DNA of 64,000 nucleotides from Azolla caroliniana. Lineage: Eukaryota > Plantae > Polypodiophyta. Made by a program: the position numbers and the translations under genes. Positions 46,301 through 60,900 of this stretch are shown piece after piece. Each line of letters opens with the position of its first letter. The stretch's first letter is position 1. The stretch covers positions 2,666,001 to 2,730,000 of the forward strand of contig JBHGNT010000003.1 of the NCBI GenBank assembly GCA_043228905.1, given 5' to 3'. The notes beneath the pieces are model-generated. The model was not told where the DNA came from. It made no database searches and was given only the letters and a program-made list of their open reading frames with translations.

Positions 46301-49300
46301 TATGGCTAGCTGGAATTGATCGTACCCCGAGTAGAGATCACCGACCGAGTAAATTGACCTTCTGGCGAAGGCCTCCGCGAACTCGTCTATTGTCGGCCCG
46401 ATTCCTGCGTTTCGAATGGTCACCTTGTTGACCGGCTGCAGGTCTTGAATAAAGCGCAACGTGCCGTCCTTCTTTAGCACGGTAAACCACCGATTCGAGT
46501 ATGGGGCACTCGACGGTTCAAGGATTCCCATCTCGACCTTCTGCTTTAACAGCTCCATCAGCCTCGGGATGTGAGCTCTGGGTACTAGAATCGGTTTGAG
46601 ACTCCATGGCCCATGCGTTACTGTGAATATCACCATCGGTTCCACGACTGTCGGGTCTATGCACCCGATCTCCTCCGGTGAGAATGCGAAAGCCTTCCTG
46701 TGCCTTTCGAGCATTTCCCTAAAACGGTCCTCTTCCGCCAGCACTAGGAAGCCGCCCCCACCGATTTTGAGCTCGCGCAACGTTATGTCGGTGAATGTGT
46801 GTCCTATGCGGGCCAGATTTCGTAAACTCGGGTTCGACGCAACCCCCTTTATTTGCAACTCGCTGCCCTCTGGCAAGGGAGCCGCGACTAGCCTCACCTT
46901 CCGGTCCACAGTCTTGTACCTCGTGTCCACCAGGGCCGTCCGATCCGACTCGAGCCCTCGACTGAAGTCCGCGATGACTTCGTACATCCTTTCCAAACAT
47001 ACCGGAATCGTCTGGTCCTCTTTAAGGACTCCTCCGACTACCTCTCGCAGCTCCCCCAAGGTATCGTCGAAAGAGACCGCCTCCACGACTCCGTTGATTT
47101 CCTCTCCAAGGCCGAGGATACCACATGCCCGAAGTTGCTCCTCCGCCCTTTTCTTCTTCCGGCCAACAACGTCGACTATCGTACACCCTCCGTTGTCGGA
47201 GAACCAAAATCTCCTACTTATAGTACAGGTCTTCTTCGCTATCGTACACTTGTGGGGTTTTCCCGGAGTGTCTGGACTATCGCGGCCCCACGCCTTGATA
47301 GCCCTCTCTAAAAATCCTTTCGACTTTCGCCCCCGGGGGTCTCGCGGTTCCACTCATGGTTCGGTCTCACCGTCAGGAACTGGACCGAGTGATGCCCATC
47401 CTGGCTCTTGACCCTTGCATAGGCCGAGCCATTGTCCATCACCTTGGTCTCCATCCGTGCTGCCGTGATGTACGGTTCTCCTAGTATAACCGGATGTGAG
47501 GACGTCTCCTGCACGAAGAAGTGCTGGTCAATCTCGACATCGTCGATCTTTACTCGTACATTCGGGCAGGCTCCATGCAGTTCTTCGGTGACACGCGTCG
47601 CTGCCCGTATTTTCCACCCGTGCTTGGTGTTGATCGACCATTTCCCCTTCTTATAGAAGTCCATGGACATCAAATTTATTTCTGAACCATGGTCCACCAA
47701 CACCACCACCGGTTCATCAACATCTCCGATCTTCATGGGGGTCTCTGTGGTCGCTCTGGCCCAGTGCGGCCTCGAATAGTGGCTCTCCGCCAACTCATCT
47801 TCTAGCGCCATGTCCTCTATGTGCGTCGTCCGCACCTCCACCGGCTTCTCCGGTTCTGTCTCCGTCGACAACCTCTTCCTCTTCACCAAGTCTACGATGG
47901 AGACATGGAACTCCTTCTTGGCGATCCCAAGCACTTCCCTCAGCGACAGTTCCACCCTGCTGTCGAGGATTCGTTCTTCCAGGACGTTTCGTAGGTCCGT
48001 GGATCTTTCGATTTTTGTGCCCAGCCGGTACCTGCGCCTCTTAGGATTATCCTGGGCGCCGGTTACACCGGCCTCATTTCGTCTTTGCCCGAATTGAGAT
48101 TCATATCATTGTGAGTGCCCGGCCCCTCCGGTTTTCCCTACCCGCTTGTCCTCCACCAGAGCCTCGTAGTTTTGACAAGCGGCTTCGACGAACCCCATCT
48201 TTTCTTCTACCGGGTAACTCCACCCGGTCACCTCCCGGACCCGTTTTTCCGCGAGGTCCGCCTCTTCTTTCCTTAGTCGTCCGTCGGCGAGGCCTTCTAG
48301 GATCGTCGGCCGGAACCCGGCTTTGTTCGTCTTCGGGGCCTCACCACCTCCGACCCGAATACCAATTGACGCCGAGTAGTGGACGGTCTCCGCGTGACGA
48401 GCCGCTGCCTCCTCCATCAGCCTTTTCATACCCCCTCGCCCGACGTTCAAGTCCAGGGGCCTTCGGGTTTCGCTGGCGTGTACCCGACCGTTCCACAGGT
48501 ACACCACGTGACTTCTCATCGCCTCGATGAAGTCCCCGCAGTCTTTCCGGATGTGGCCAACCGCGTCACACCACATGCACCTGTTTCCAGCCAGAGGTCG
48601 TCGGTCATGACCCAGTTCACTACCGTCCCTCCGTGCCTGGGTGATCTGGAGATCCTTTACCATCCGCATCAGTTCCTCCAGAGCTGCTCCCCCGGACGAG
48701 CCCTTGACCATGCCGGTCGAAGCCGATCCGGTCTCGAGCCAATCTCGGGTCTCTTCCCTTTGCGTTGGTGGTGTTGGCTCAAGCTTCCTCGCTGTGACAA
48801 AGCCCGCCCCTGTCAATCCTTTGTCAACCCATTCCCGTCGTTTGTCGAAACGGCCACAGACCCTTTTCACCACGGCCTAGTCGGCCGTCAACCCGTCATC
48901 AGTCTCCAATAGGAGGCCTACCTGCTCCCGATCCCGCTCATCAATTGACTTAACAAACAATAGGACACGACTTGTGTCCAGAACGGTCCGGTCAAGCACC
49001 GAGAGGCGCGCGAAGCGTTCCTCAAACTCCCGGAGGAGCACCGACGCGTTCCTTCCTTTGTCGGGGGTCTCCACCCATTCCATAAAGTCTCGCTTCGAAA
49101 GTCAAAGCGCATCTTCACATTAATTCTCAGTCCTTTCGGACAGAGATACTCCTCGATTTGCCCTATGGAATATTGCTACCTAGGATTTGACCTTTGTGCC
49201 TACCTATCTACTATACAACAAGGGGCGTGCCCACGTGTAAGGGCCGATTCACACACACTATACACGGTTTGCGCCTGGGGACGGTTTTCTTCACGACAAT

Positions 49301-50442
49301 GGTTTTACCGATTTGGACAAGTCGGCTGATGTGGATACTAGCCGGTCTACATCCGGGTATGTAATGACATATGCAGGGGGAGTTGTTTCGTGGCAGTCGA
49401 GGTTGCAGAAGACGGTTGCGTTGTCAACCACGGAGGCGGAGTACATGGCGGCTGTGGAAGCCGGCAAGGAAATATTATGGATGAAGGACTTCATCGGAGA
49501 GCTCGGTATCCGGCAAGATGAATACCGGCTCTATTGCGACATTCAAAGTGCCATCCACCTTGCTGAGAATGCGGCCTACCATTCCCGGACGAAGCATATC
49601 CAGCGAAGGTATCATTGGATCCGGGAAAGAGTAGATGACCAGGAGTTCGCACTGACGAAGATCCACACGGCCGAGAACGGGTTAGATAAGCTGACCAAAG
49701 TACTAATACCCGACAAGCTAGAAGCATGCCGGCAGCGGATCAGACTAGTAAGACATCCCATGCCGGAGTGAAGGGGGAGTTTGTTAGGAAACAGGTCCCT
49801 CCGGATGGGAAGACCTAGTAAGAACCGGATGAGAAGTACCCGGAAACGGAAGACCCGACAAGCGCCGGATGAAGGAGTACGCGGAAACGGAAGACCCGGT
49901 GAGAACCGGATGATGAATGCCCGGCAAGCGCCGGATGATGCAGGCCCGGTGAGGAGTGCTCACCGGATGAAGGGACATATTCGTAAATATGTTTCTGAGA
50001 GTCCATCGGGGCTATACTTGTAAATAGCCGAAAAGTCATATTAGTATAAATATGACTTAGGGCAAACTTAGTGTAGTATGTTGTTGTTATTCTTGTTGGC
50101 GAAAAAGATTAGAGCGGAACAGTGTACAGAGAGAGAGAGAGAGAGAGAGAGAAAGAAACGAAGAGGTCGTTGCCTCTGTTGTAACCGCTGCCTGTGGCGA
50201 AGATCGTGAGCACGAGATCGTTGCCTCCATGATGAGCTCACTGTTGTAATCATTGTGATATAGTGATAGTTTGCAGTCTATGGGCTGCCGTGGTTTTTCC
50301 CGTATTTGGGTTTTCCACGTAAACATCCTGTGTACTCTTCTCTCCATTGTGTCGTGCATTCATTCCCCGTTTTTTCTGTGTTTTATGATTCTAAGGTCGG
50401 TCGTGGCCGAGCGTTGTTCATCGGGAGCGTCTGTTCCTATCA
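43376..50442 (+). mobile_element. Element K: 5'-truncated Ty1/copia (E/J-like), interrupted by L; 3' LTR 49782-50442
   Basis: DSGASFH, INT and RT YVDD up to 45610; RH from 49299 to 49771; PPT GAAGGGGGAG; LTR TGTTAGG...CCTATCA. Confidence 0.88.
45611..49298 (-). mobile_element. Element L: truncated A/I-family gypsy (LTR remnant, gag, PR, frameshift site, RT, start of RH)
   Basis: LTR terminus ...CACGACA at 49298; CMWCDAVGHIRKDC; LVDHGSEIN; FLDDVPIKG; DTSPTGIG. Confidence 0.9.
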
Positions 50443-52052
50443 CGTCTTGTCCTCCATGAAGATAATATCTCGACTCCGGAATACCTTCTTGTCAACCAGG
50501 TCCCACACTTGGTAGCGAAACTCATCATCATCGTAACCGAGGAATATGCATGGCTGGGTCTTTGGATCCAACTTTCCTCTCCGGTCCTTAGCTACATGCA
50601 CGTACGCAAGACACCTGAATACTTTCATATGCCGGTAGGACACTTCCTTACCTGTCCAAACTCTTTGTGGCGTGTCTCCGTCCAAGGGTACTAAGGGTGA
50701 TCTGTTTATCACATATGTTGCCATCGACAATGCCTCAACCCAAAAATTCTTGGGTAATTTTGCATGCGCCAGCATACACCGGACCCTCTCCATTATGGTT
50801 TGGTTCATCCTCTCGGCCAGCCCGTTTAGTTCCGGCGTTTTCAGCATGGTAAATTCGAGCCCGATTCCCTTCGAGCGACAGTACTCCTCGAATTGCCCCT
50901 GGTATTCACCTCCATTATCTGCTCGAACCGCCTTCAGCTTCCGGCCGGTTTCTCTTTCCACTTTCGCGTGGAGCTCTTTGAAGATGGATAACACCTGATC
51001 CTTCGTCTTCAACGGTGTGGCCGACAACTTCGGGCTGTGGTCATCTATGAATGTCACGAAGTACTGCGATCCTGCATGTGACTTCGTGTCCACTTGACAC
51101 ACATCAATATGCACCAACTCCAGTGGTGCATTACGTCTCATCAGTGGCCTTGGTCGGAAGGAGGTTCGGTTTTGCTTACCGGCCAGACAATCAGTGCACT
51201 TCTCCAAGTGCATGTTCTTCATTGGAATGAGGTTGTCGTCTTCAAGCCTCTTCATCCCCTTCTCGGTCATGTGACACATCCTTTTGTGCCACAGCTCACC
51301 GGTAGTGTCAGATGCCACGTTCACTTCCTCCGGACATAACCGGGCATTCATCAGGTACAATGTGTTTACCTTCCGGGCCCGAGCCAAATAAGGCTGCCTT
51401 TGCTGAACTTCATAACACTGTTCCGGATGCTACCTGTGTAGCCTTCATCATCTAGCTGACCGGCTAATAGCAGGTTCAGACGAACTCCGAAACGTGTCGG
51501 ACATCCTTCAGCAGTAGCTTGCATCCGGTTGGTGTTGACAACCACACGTCTCCTATGCCGACAATTAGGCATGTACCTTCATTCCCCATCCGGACACATT
51601 CGTGATCACCGGCTGTGTAGGATGAGAAGTATTTCCGGTCTAGGGTAAGGTGGAACGACCCTTCCCCTCCGGTCTTTACCGTTCCGGTCCGGTGTCCGCT
51701 TCGAATCGGTACCGTCGGTCTCCTTGTCTTTTCGGAAATGCTGACAATTTTTCTGGAAGTGTCCCGGCTTGCCGCAATAGAAGCAAGTAGGCCTCCCCCT
51801 TGACTTTGACCGTGTCCCCGACTTTTCCCGGTTCTGGGGACTACAGTTCCTTTGTCTTCCGCGTTCTGATTCGGTAAGGACCGCTTTGGAGTCGGAGCTC
51901 GTATCCTTATCTTTCCGACGCGCCTCCTCATTTAGCAAGCTCGACCTCACTCTTGCTAGGGATAACCGTTTCGCTTCTGGCTCGGCGTTGCCCAAGGTGA
52001 CAACCAACGTTTCCCAGCTATCTGGGAGGGAACCGAGCAGGAGTAGTGCTAG

Positions 52053-52513
52053 TACCTCATCGGCAAGAGGTACTTCCAATGATGTTGCATGGTGGATCAG
52101 CCCCTGGAAGGCATTCATCTGCTCCGCCATGCTGGAGCCATCTTGGTACCGGAGTCTTACTAGCTTCCGAAATACTGAAACCTGATTGACAACATTTTTA
52201 TTCTAAAACATAATGCCGATCATCTCCCAGAGCTCATGAGCCTTGCTTTCTTCATTGAAGTTGTTGTATAGACTCATGTCGATACCTCATCGGCAAGAGG
52301 TACTTCCAATGATGTTGCATGGTGGATCAGCCCCTTGAAGGCATTCATGTGCTCCGCCATGCTGGAGCCATCTTGGTACCGGAGTCTTACTAGCTTCCGA
52401 AATACTGAAACCTGATTGACAACATTTTTATTCTAAAACATAATGCCGATCATCTCCCAGAGCTCATGAGCCTTGCTTTCTTCATTGAAGTTGTTGTATA
52501 GACTCATGTCGAT
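52053..52513. repeat. 230-bp tandem duplication in element J gag
   Basis: TACCTCATCGGCAAGAGG starts at 52053 and again at 52283; copies nearly identical. Confidence 0.92.
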
Positions 52514-53602
52514 GAAGCACCATATGTAGGCCGTTGTCTTCATGTGCATCATCTCCCATATCGTGGCGTCGATTTTGTCTGGTCTCTTGTCCGGTCTCTT
52601 GTCCGGTAACCAAAGATCTTTAACCACGAGCATGTCCCTCATCTTCGACTTCCACATTGAATAGTTGGAGCCGGTAAGCTTAAACATGTTGCCCAATGAC
52701 TCGTCCATTTTCTGTGTCATTTCGCTCTGATACCACTTTGTCAGGAACTACGCGCTCTGATGAACCACGCTCGGCCACAACCGAGCTTAGAATCAAAACA
52801 CAGAAAACGGGGAATGAATGCACGACAAAAAATTGGAGAGAGCGGTACACAAGATGTTAACGTGGAAAACCAAAACTAGGGAAAAACCACGGCAGCCCAC
52901 AGACTACAAGCTATCACTATATCAGAATGTACAATAGTAAAGACTCGAGGCAACGATCTCGAGCTTGCTATCTTCGCCACGGGCGGCGGTTACAACAGAG
53001 GCAACGACCTCTTCCTCTCTCTCTCTCTCTGTACACTGTTGCGCTCTCTAATCTTGCGCCAACAAGAATGACAACAACAAATCACATTATTTGTTTGCCC
53101 TAAGTCATATTTATACTAATATGGCTTTTCGGCTATTTACAAATATAGCCACGATGGACTCTTAGAAACATATTTACGAATATGTCCCTTCATCCGGTGA
53201 GCACTCCTCACCGGGCCTGCATCATCTGGCTCGTGCCGGGCATACGTCATCCGGTTCTCACCAAGTCTTCCATTGCCGGGTACTCCACATCCGGTTCTCA
53301 CCAGGTCTTCACCATCCGACTCTTGCTGGGTCCTCGTCATCCGTTTCTCACCAGGTCTTCACTATCCGGCTCTTGCCGGGTACTCCTCATCCGGTTCTCA
53401 TCGGGTCTTCACCATTCGGCTCTTGTTGGGTACTACTCATCCAACTCTCACTGGGTCTTCCGTAGTCAAGTACTCTTCATCCGGTTCTCACCAGGTCTTC
53501 ACCATTAGGCTCTTGTCGGGTACTCGTCATTTGGTTCTTACCGGGTCTTCCGTTGTCGAGTACTCCTATCCCATCAGGAGAGACCGAAATCCTAACATTG
53601 CA

Positions 53603-56600
53603 TGTTCCTCAATGTCTGGAATGCGAACCACATGGCGCAGAGCCTTTCAGAGGCAGTAGCGCACTAGTCGAAAATGACGGAGTTCGGGTTAACATTGGAT
53701 GGGTGAGTGGCATTTTGGCATTCATAGATGGATTTGCCAGCAATCACGACCTTCGATCAACTGCAATCCGCTTTCTTGCGGTTCTTCCATCGGAGGGTTC
53801 CACAACGCGAAATCCTTGGACAGTTCTATACGGTTAAGCAATTGCCGACCCAGACGATCGCAGACTTCAGCTTACGTTTCCAAAATTTACAGCGGAAACT
53901 AGAACGGAGCCCCGCGGAGGACGAGGCTCGAGAGAAAATTCTGGCAGCATTCCGCCAACCCATACGGACAACGCTCAACAACAATAGCATGAAAGGGGAA
54001 ATGGCGGATATGATCATTGAACGAGCGTTACAACTCGAGTTGGGCGACAAGGAGGAAAGGTTTTCTATCCTCCTTACAACAAGCGTTACCCCAGGACGAG
54101 GAACGCCAGTTTCATCAAGCAATCCATTGCATGATTGGCTTGAACTCGGGGCATTCCGCAGTGGAGTGCAACATGCGAATCCACTGCCCAATCTGCCACT
54201 CGAAGGCTCACACAGTCGACCAATGCGAATACAATATGTTGAACAGAGCTGCTCCCACAGTACGTAGCATGGACACGCAACGTCCCCCACGCCGTAATGA
54301 ACAAAGGAGGCAAGAAGAACGACCACGGTATGTGGATCGCAACCCACGTGACGACCGGAACCACCAGAATCACAACGATTCCGAGGAAGACGAACCAGAT
54401 GATGAGGATTACTGTGGACCTTCGAGTTATGCTAAAGGGGGCCGATGCTATGAGAATCACTGGCCGGCAAACAAACGTGGCGGCTTCAATGGTTATCGTG
54501 GGAAGCCGCGGCAATATCGAGACCACCGGCGATACGATGAAAGCTTGGGAGATGAGTGACACCAAGAACCACGGGACCACCAAGCTCAGGACCAACAACA
54601 ACCATTGCGTGCGTTCCAATAAACGAGGCCGGACCGTGAGGAGCAAGTCGCACCAGGGGATCGCCACACACCACCAGGAGCCGAGAAGGGCGAATCAAGC
54701 ATCCATTGTTTTGTTTGTCAGCAGCCTGGACATTATGCCACGCAATGCCCAGCACGCAAGGGCAAGGGGCCCGTTGTCAATATGATTACGGCGGAAGTGC
54801 AGCAAGTAACGACACGCCAACAAACAAAAATGGCTAATTGGGCCACGCAAGATAAGATATGACGACAAGCCCAGGCATGGGTGGAAAAAGCAAATGCGAC
54901 CAATACACAATGCATGCGGAAGGAGACCGCGAATACGAGGGAGCAAGCGGAGGACAAAGGTCCGGTCCTGGACCCCATTTGGCAGGCATTAGCGGGTTGC
55001 GAGATAACGTTAACCATGGAGAAGCTGCTGCAACTAGTCCCACGCTTCCGCCAGACCATGGAAGAACGGGTGACGGACATACCCGGGGTGAGCGTCGCTA
55101 CACACCTTACAGACGTTAGCGACGGACCGCATGTAGTGGATCACCACAACACGGCTATTACATTGATATTACACGGACAGGAAATTCCTGGATGCGTAAT
55201 CGATGGCGGCTCAGGCGTTAATGTAATTTGCGCGAAAACTTGCGAGCAGTTAGGCATTTCAGAATGGGAGGCTTGCCCATTGTGGCTCCGACTGGCAGAT
55301 ACCCGCTCAGTACAACCGTTGGGGTTAATTCGCAAGATAGGCATTATCGTGGGCGGACATCACTTCGACATCTCGGCGGTTGTCCTCGCCTTGGATGCCC
55401 TAGGGGCATACCCAATGCTTCTGGGTAGACCATGGCTTCGGGCAGCAAATATCAAGTAGAGCTGTCAACACAAGTGTATCAGTTTCCGACACGGACGCAC
55501 TAAGGTTCACGTACCTACGGAAGGAAGCACACCACAACCCAAGGGTATAACACCATTATACGCAGAAGATATAAATATGCTAGTTGGTGTGGAGGATGCA
55601 GAATTAGAGGCATACCTAGATGAGCATCCTCGGATCATTCCGTTATTCGAAATCGACGTCATTGCAACCGCGGAAGAATATGCCACGGCCACTATTCTCC
55701 ATGACGAGGCTTACGAACCATACCTAGAGTCCATATTGGAACTCAGGAGAGCACGGACGGCATTCGAAAGGGAAATGGAAATTTCACGACGAGTCACTAC
55801 CTCCGCCCTGGAAGAGGTAAATGTGGGCACGGAGTCAGAACCTCGTTTCCTCTCCATCGCAAAGGAATTAAGGCCGGACCAAAGAAACACGATGATCGCA
55901 CTACTCAAGAAATATAAAGATGTGTTCGCTTGGGCTCATGAGGACATGAAGGGGTTAGATCCCAAGATCTATCAACATAAGATCAATTTAGCAACCGACG
56001 CAAAACCCGTCCAGTAACGCCGCTACCGCATGAACCCGAACTATGTGACTCGCGTAAAAGAAGAAATTGACAAACTCCTGAAGGCGTGGTTCATACGGCC
56101 CTTTAAACAAGCCACATGGTCAAGTCCGATAGTAGTCGTTCCAAAGAGAAACGGCAAAATACGGGTATGCATGGATTACCGAAAATTAAAGGTCGTAACC
56201 ATTACAGACGCATTCCCTTTACCATTCACCGATAGCGTACTGGACGCATGAGATGTACAGTTTTTTAGATGGCCTCAATGGCTATAACTAGGTACGGATG
56301 CATCCCGAGGACCAAGAGAAGACGACATTTGACACGGACTGGGGAGTCTATGTGGCAGTCGTCATGATGTTCGGGCTACAGACGGCACCGGCAACAATTC
56401 AACGGACAATTACGGAGATCTTTGGGGAATATATTCCGGCGTGCATGCAAGTTTTTTTAGACGATTTTGCGGTATATGGGAGACCATTTTACACATCTGC
56501 AACTATTCCTGGAACGTAGTCGCACCGCACGCTTAAGCCTGAATTCCGCGAAATGTGCCTTCGGCGTGACTAGTGGAACTCTCCTAGGCCATATAGTCAG

Positions 56601-57213
56601 CAAGGAGGGAATAACGGTCAATCCGAACAAGATCTCCGCGATTACGAAAGCCAAAACTCCGACAAACGCCAAATCACTCAACCCTTTTTTTAGGACAAAT
56701 ATGGTGGCATAGTCGAATGATACGATATTTAGCAGACTTCACCACGCCGTTACATACTGTCGTGCATCAGACTCCCTTATAATGGACCGCAACGGAGGAC
56801 AAGGCCTATGAGGCAGTTAAGATAATGCTCACATAGGCCCTTGTCCTCCAACCACCAGTTTCGGCGAAGCCATTCCACGTGTTCGTCGACGCCTCGGACA
56901 TAGCAATATGGAGTGCGGTACTGTAGCTCACCGAACCAAACTGGTACCGGCCAGTGTACTACGCTAGTCCACAACGGAGCGGGAGGCGCTAGGGATGATC
57001 TATAGCATCAATAAATTCTGGCATTATTTACTAGGGAGGAAATTCACGTTCCACATGGATCATTCGGCGCTGCTATATTTGGTGGAGAAACAAGCCTTGA
57101 CGGGGAAATTGGCGCGATGGATGCTGCTGCTTCAAGAATTCGATTTTGTAATTCAGCACCGACCGGGGACGCAATACACAGTGGCAGATTTTTTGAGCAG
57201 ACTCGATAATGGA
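53603..57213 (+). pseudogene. gag-pol: Element H gag-PR-RT-RH remnants
   Basis: Paired knuckles, VIDGGSG, DYRKL, FLDD and ADFLSRL, collinear with element D; sequence jumps to the accessory region after SRLDNGE. Confidence 0.88.
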
Positions 57214-57948
57214 GAAACAGTACAGAAGCTCAAGCCGATCATACAACAATATCTTACGGTGTTGTTCCCACCCCAAGGCTTGCCGGCACCGCAACCCAGC
57301 CAACCCAAGCCTCCGTCCCGATCCGCGAACCGTAGGTTAGTGGAGTTAGCTGCCCTAGAGTGGGAAGAGGAACCCCAACCCACCCAACCAAACATATAGA
57401 CAACGCAGGAAGAACATCCGGCACGCTCCGCGGAAGCAACCCCAGTGCCAGACGCCGAAACACGGCAAGATAGCCCCAGACCGAAACAACGGAGATTGCA
57501 AAGGAAAGATGGGCGGGGATTGGTCAAAGACGTCCCCACGGCAGTAGAGACAACAACCAAAGGCGATGGCTCCGCAACTACGGAGCCCAATACCACCTTC
57601 AAAATCATCCAAGAGCCACGACCGATCATTACGACCCAGTCACAACGAGGGAAAGTCGTATTGACGGCGAAAAGCGAGGTTTTGGCATATCCAGATATCC
57701 CAGACACGGCCCATGAGTTCAGCACCCTCTTATAGTTCGGAACCTCTTTTGATCTCATGGAATTCCTGGCAATACAACAGATAAAGGCCTCACAACCAAT
57801 GGCCGAGGAGCACACGGAGCGCGCCCTAACACAAACAGTGGAGAGCGACGATGAGAACCGGCTAGCCAGGATCGGCAGACAGAGGAACGCTAGTGTACGC
57901 CGAGTGGGGATGGAGGTACCCCCATTAAACACGGCCCTACTCGAAGTC

Positions 57949-60900
57949 TTTAAGCGAACAATGGTTGCAGCATTGAATGATGGTCTACAGGGGATTGCTC
58001 ATTGGGGTTGTCTTCATGTGATTGTGGACTTAGCGAATCGGTTTGTGGCCGATCCCTCCCCTTCCCTTCCCTTCCCTTCCCTTGTTGCATAAAATTTCTT
58101 GTTATTAGGATTGTCTTTGCCGGTTCATTCGGATGAACCGCTAAACAGCTGACTAATTTCTGCTGGCTGACCCATTGCTACAGATTGCTTACTGGGTTTA
58201 GCAGACTTGACTTCTTCGTGCGGTGGTTGTTGGCTAACCGCCCAACGCCCGCAAATTTTTTATTATTTATGAATCGGGAAAACGTAAGTAACTCGAGCAT
58301 TCAATCACAAGAACAAATCTTCATGCCAAAAAGCGGAGCGAACCTGATGGATGATCACCATCACTTCGTCTAGGACCACCAACTAGTAGTGCCCAAGAAG
58401 AAGCGGTGAAATGGACGGACTTGAACGACGCTATGAGCCCCTAACAAACTGTTATAAATATCAAGAACAAACCTCGTGTTGGCAGAGAAAGCCAACGCAA
58501 GTCCCTCTAATGGATGCTAGGGCATTCTCGCCCCTCGAATCAAAGCCAACAGAATGTAAATTGATTGACCGTTACTACTTCATATTACCATTCATAAGCC
58601 ATAGCTTACTTTGACCCTCCCTATCTTCTATAGAATTCCCGGGGCTTTCCTAGCCACTATGTTGTTTGTTGGTATCTTTCCCTTGAAGGTTGGTCATCTC
58701 AGCCTCCCTTTCGAGAATCATTACTAACGTGCTTTCTTTATTGTAAACTACTCTTAATTGTTTGTTCCGGGCTTACTCAATTTTGCTTTCTTAGCTTTGT
58801 CTTATTACATGAGTAATGGGGTTTGCCACTTATGGGGGGATTCGGGTCTTGTTCTAGATCTATCTTAAGTGTATACTTTCGGAATCCCGATGTTATTTCG
58901 TGCCGCTTTTTTGGCCTTCCTGAAGCCTATCCGATTTTCTTTATCGTGAGCACGGAGAGCGAGCCAACTCCCTTCCCCCAGGCGACATTCGTTCGAGACA
59001 TCAATCATTTCGGCGAACTAAACCTAGTTGTTAAAGCGACACTGACAAGTGGTTGGGGGCATGAATTCTTTGTTCCGCATAATGAAATTCCAAGGATGGA
59101 TCAAATGCCAGGAAGCAAATCCTAAGTTTGCTTGCTTGCTTGCGGGGAAATCACAAAGAAGTTCCGGGACGCGGGTGGCAAAAACCCAGAGACCTTGCAA
59201 GCAACACTGCTCGCCCGTAGCAATGCTCGCCTTAGCCATTATTGCCCGCCGAATTACACTTTTCAAAGCTCGTTCTAGCCATTTCTCTGCTCCTTTCCAG
59301 CATTGCCGAAAATGATTGAAATGAAAGGGAAGGGAATTGGCCGAGCAAATGAGACTAGCAGAAAGGCGAGACCGAGTGCTTTTCTTTTACAAAACAACAA
59401 AAAGCTATAAATACAAGAAAAGAAATAAATCTCACGAACACACAGGAATGGAACGCTTTCTCTGTGTTAATAGTATGCCAAGAACCAGACTTGAACTGGT
59501 GACACGAGGATTTTCAGTCCTCTGCTCTACCAACTAAGCTATCCCGGCCCTTTAAAAGAATATGCTCAAAAAACAGAAGAAGGGTGTAGATCTTTTTCCG
59601 ATTCATTTTTTTCTTCTTGCTCGGTCGAACTAGTAGCATTAGATATTTGCTTTGTCAAAGACTTCATGTGGTTTTACTTTGAATGAACCATTCAGACAGT
59701 CTTTTAGGCTTGCTAAATGGTTCATTTGTAATTTCTACCTAAATAGAAAGAAGTTGAAATTGTTTTCAGTCTAAAAGTACGGAATGTTCCGTAATCAATC
59801 GAGCTTTCTTTCTAGGACCAAATGGTCGAAACAAGGAGTGCGTAGGGATAGGCACACGACAATTAGAGGGTGCTTAAGCTAAACAAGAGAAAGTAGGCAA
59901 CATACACTAATGAGAGAGAGAGAGAGAGATGTTTTTAATTCAAAGAGGGTGGTGGTCTTACGCAAACTAGTTTCGCTCAATAGTGGAGCTCTTCAGTGCA
60001 CTAGAAAGCAAGTCGAGCGAAGTAGAAAAATCGGAAGTAACAAGAATAAGGATAGATCCTTCAGATAGCAACTATATATATTGCAGCAAGGATCACGCCC
60101 GATATTTGTCCAACCCAACTACCCAGCCCCCTCGTCCGTTCCTGTACCTTATCTAATCCGATGGATGGTCGTAGTAGTCGTACAGTTAGTAACTCTCCGA
60201 CTGTAAAGATTGAAAGAGTGTTCGTTCGAATAGCTCCCGTTGAGTCTCTGTACATATCTCACTTCGATGTCCAAAAGTGATTTAGCTGAAGTTAGATTTG
60301 GCTCAAGATTAGAATTGGTTTTGGTATAGACTTGGAAGACTTGATTTACCAAATGCTTGCTGCTTTGTTGCTTTGGAGGTTATTGATCCTGTATATTCAA
60401 CAGGTAGAATAATGGAAAGTATCCACCTTGCTATAGAGTATTTTCGAACATCGAATTGGTTTTACTGTCTAGAGATTTCCAGAACTTGGTCTCGCAAGCC
60501 AAGCAAGGTTGTTTACCTTTGATACTAATGGTAATATGATGCGTGCACAAGACTACTAGTATTAATGAAGATCTGTTCAGTGGATTGATATCAGGGTCTG
60601 TTGAAAATATCAGTATCAGTGATAGAACCGATGCCAAAATACAAACCAGTCTTAGTATTGATGCCGAAACACAAACTGATAATAATCATGCTGATCAACA
60701 AAAAAAAAATGTACAAACGGATGTTTCCCGTTTTCATTCTAGTAGTTCTTCTTCAAGAATATATTTCTCTGCTAATGATGATGATGATGATGTTGATGAA
60801 GATCTTTAATATTAACACAATCTTCTGTTGCTGGGTTAAAACAATACCACCATCTACATGTATAAAAGAAAAATCAATAACAATAATAATCATAAAGTGT

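Larger units (their letters stand above)
42517..53597 (-). mobile_element. Element J: Ty1/copia inserted in H gag; RT region lost, K inside
   Basis: LTRs 42517-43207 and 52739-53597; TSD TCGCA/TTGCA; iMet PBS at 52724-52735; gag-PR-INT 52720 to 50443; RH tail 43208-43376. H gag reads through (THIR|MFLNVWNANH) once J is removed. Confidence 0.9.

Noticed and set aside
58121-58140. Perfect 8-bp hairpin CGGTTCAT-TCGG-ATGAACCG
   Set aside because: Single short occurrence, no U-tract or gene context; plausible by chance or an organellar micro-repeat.
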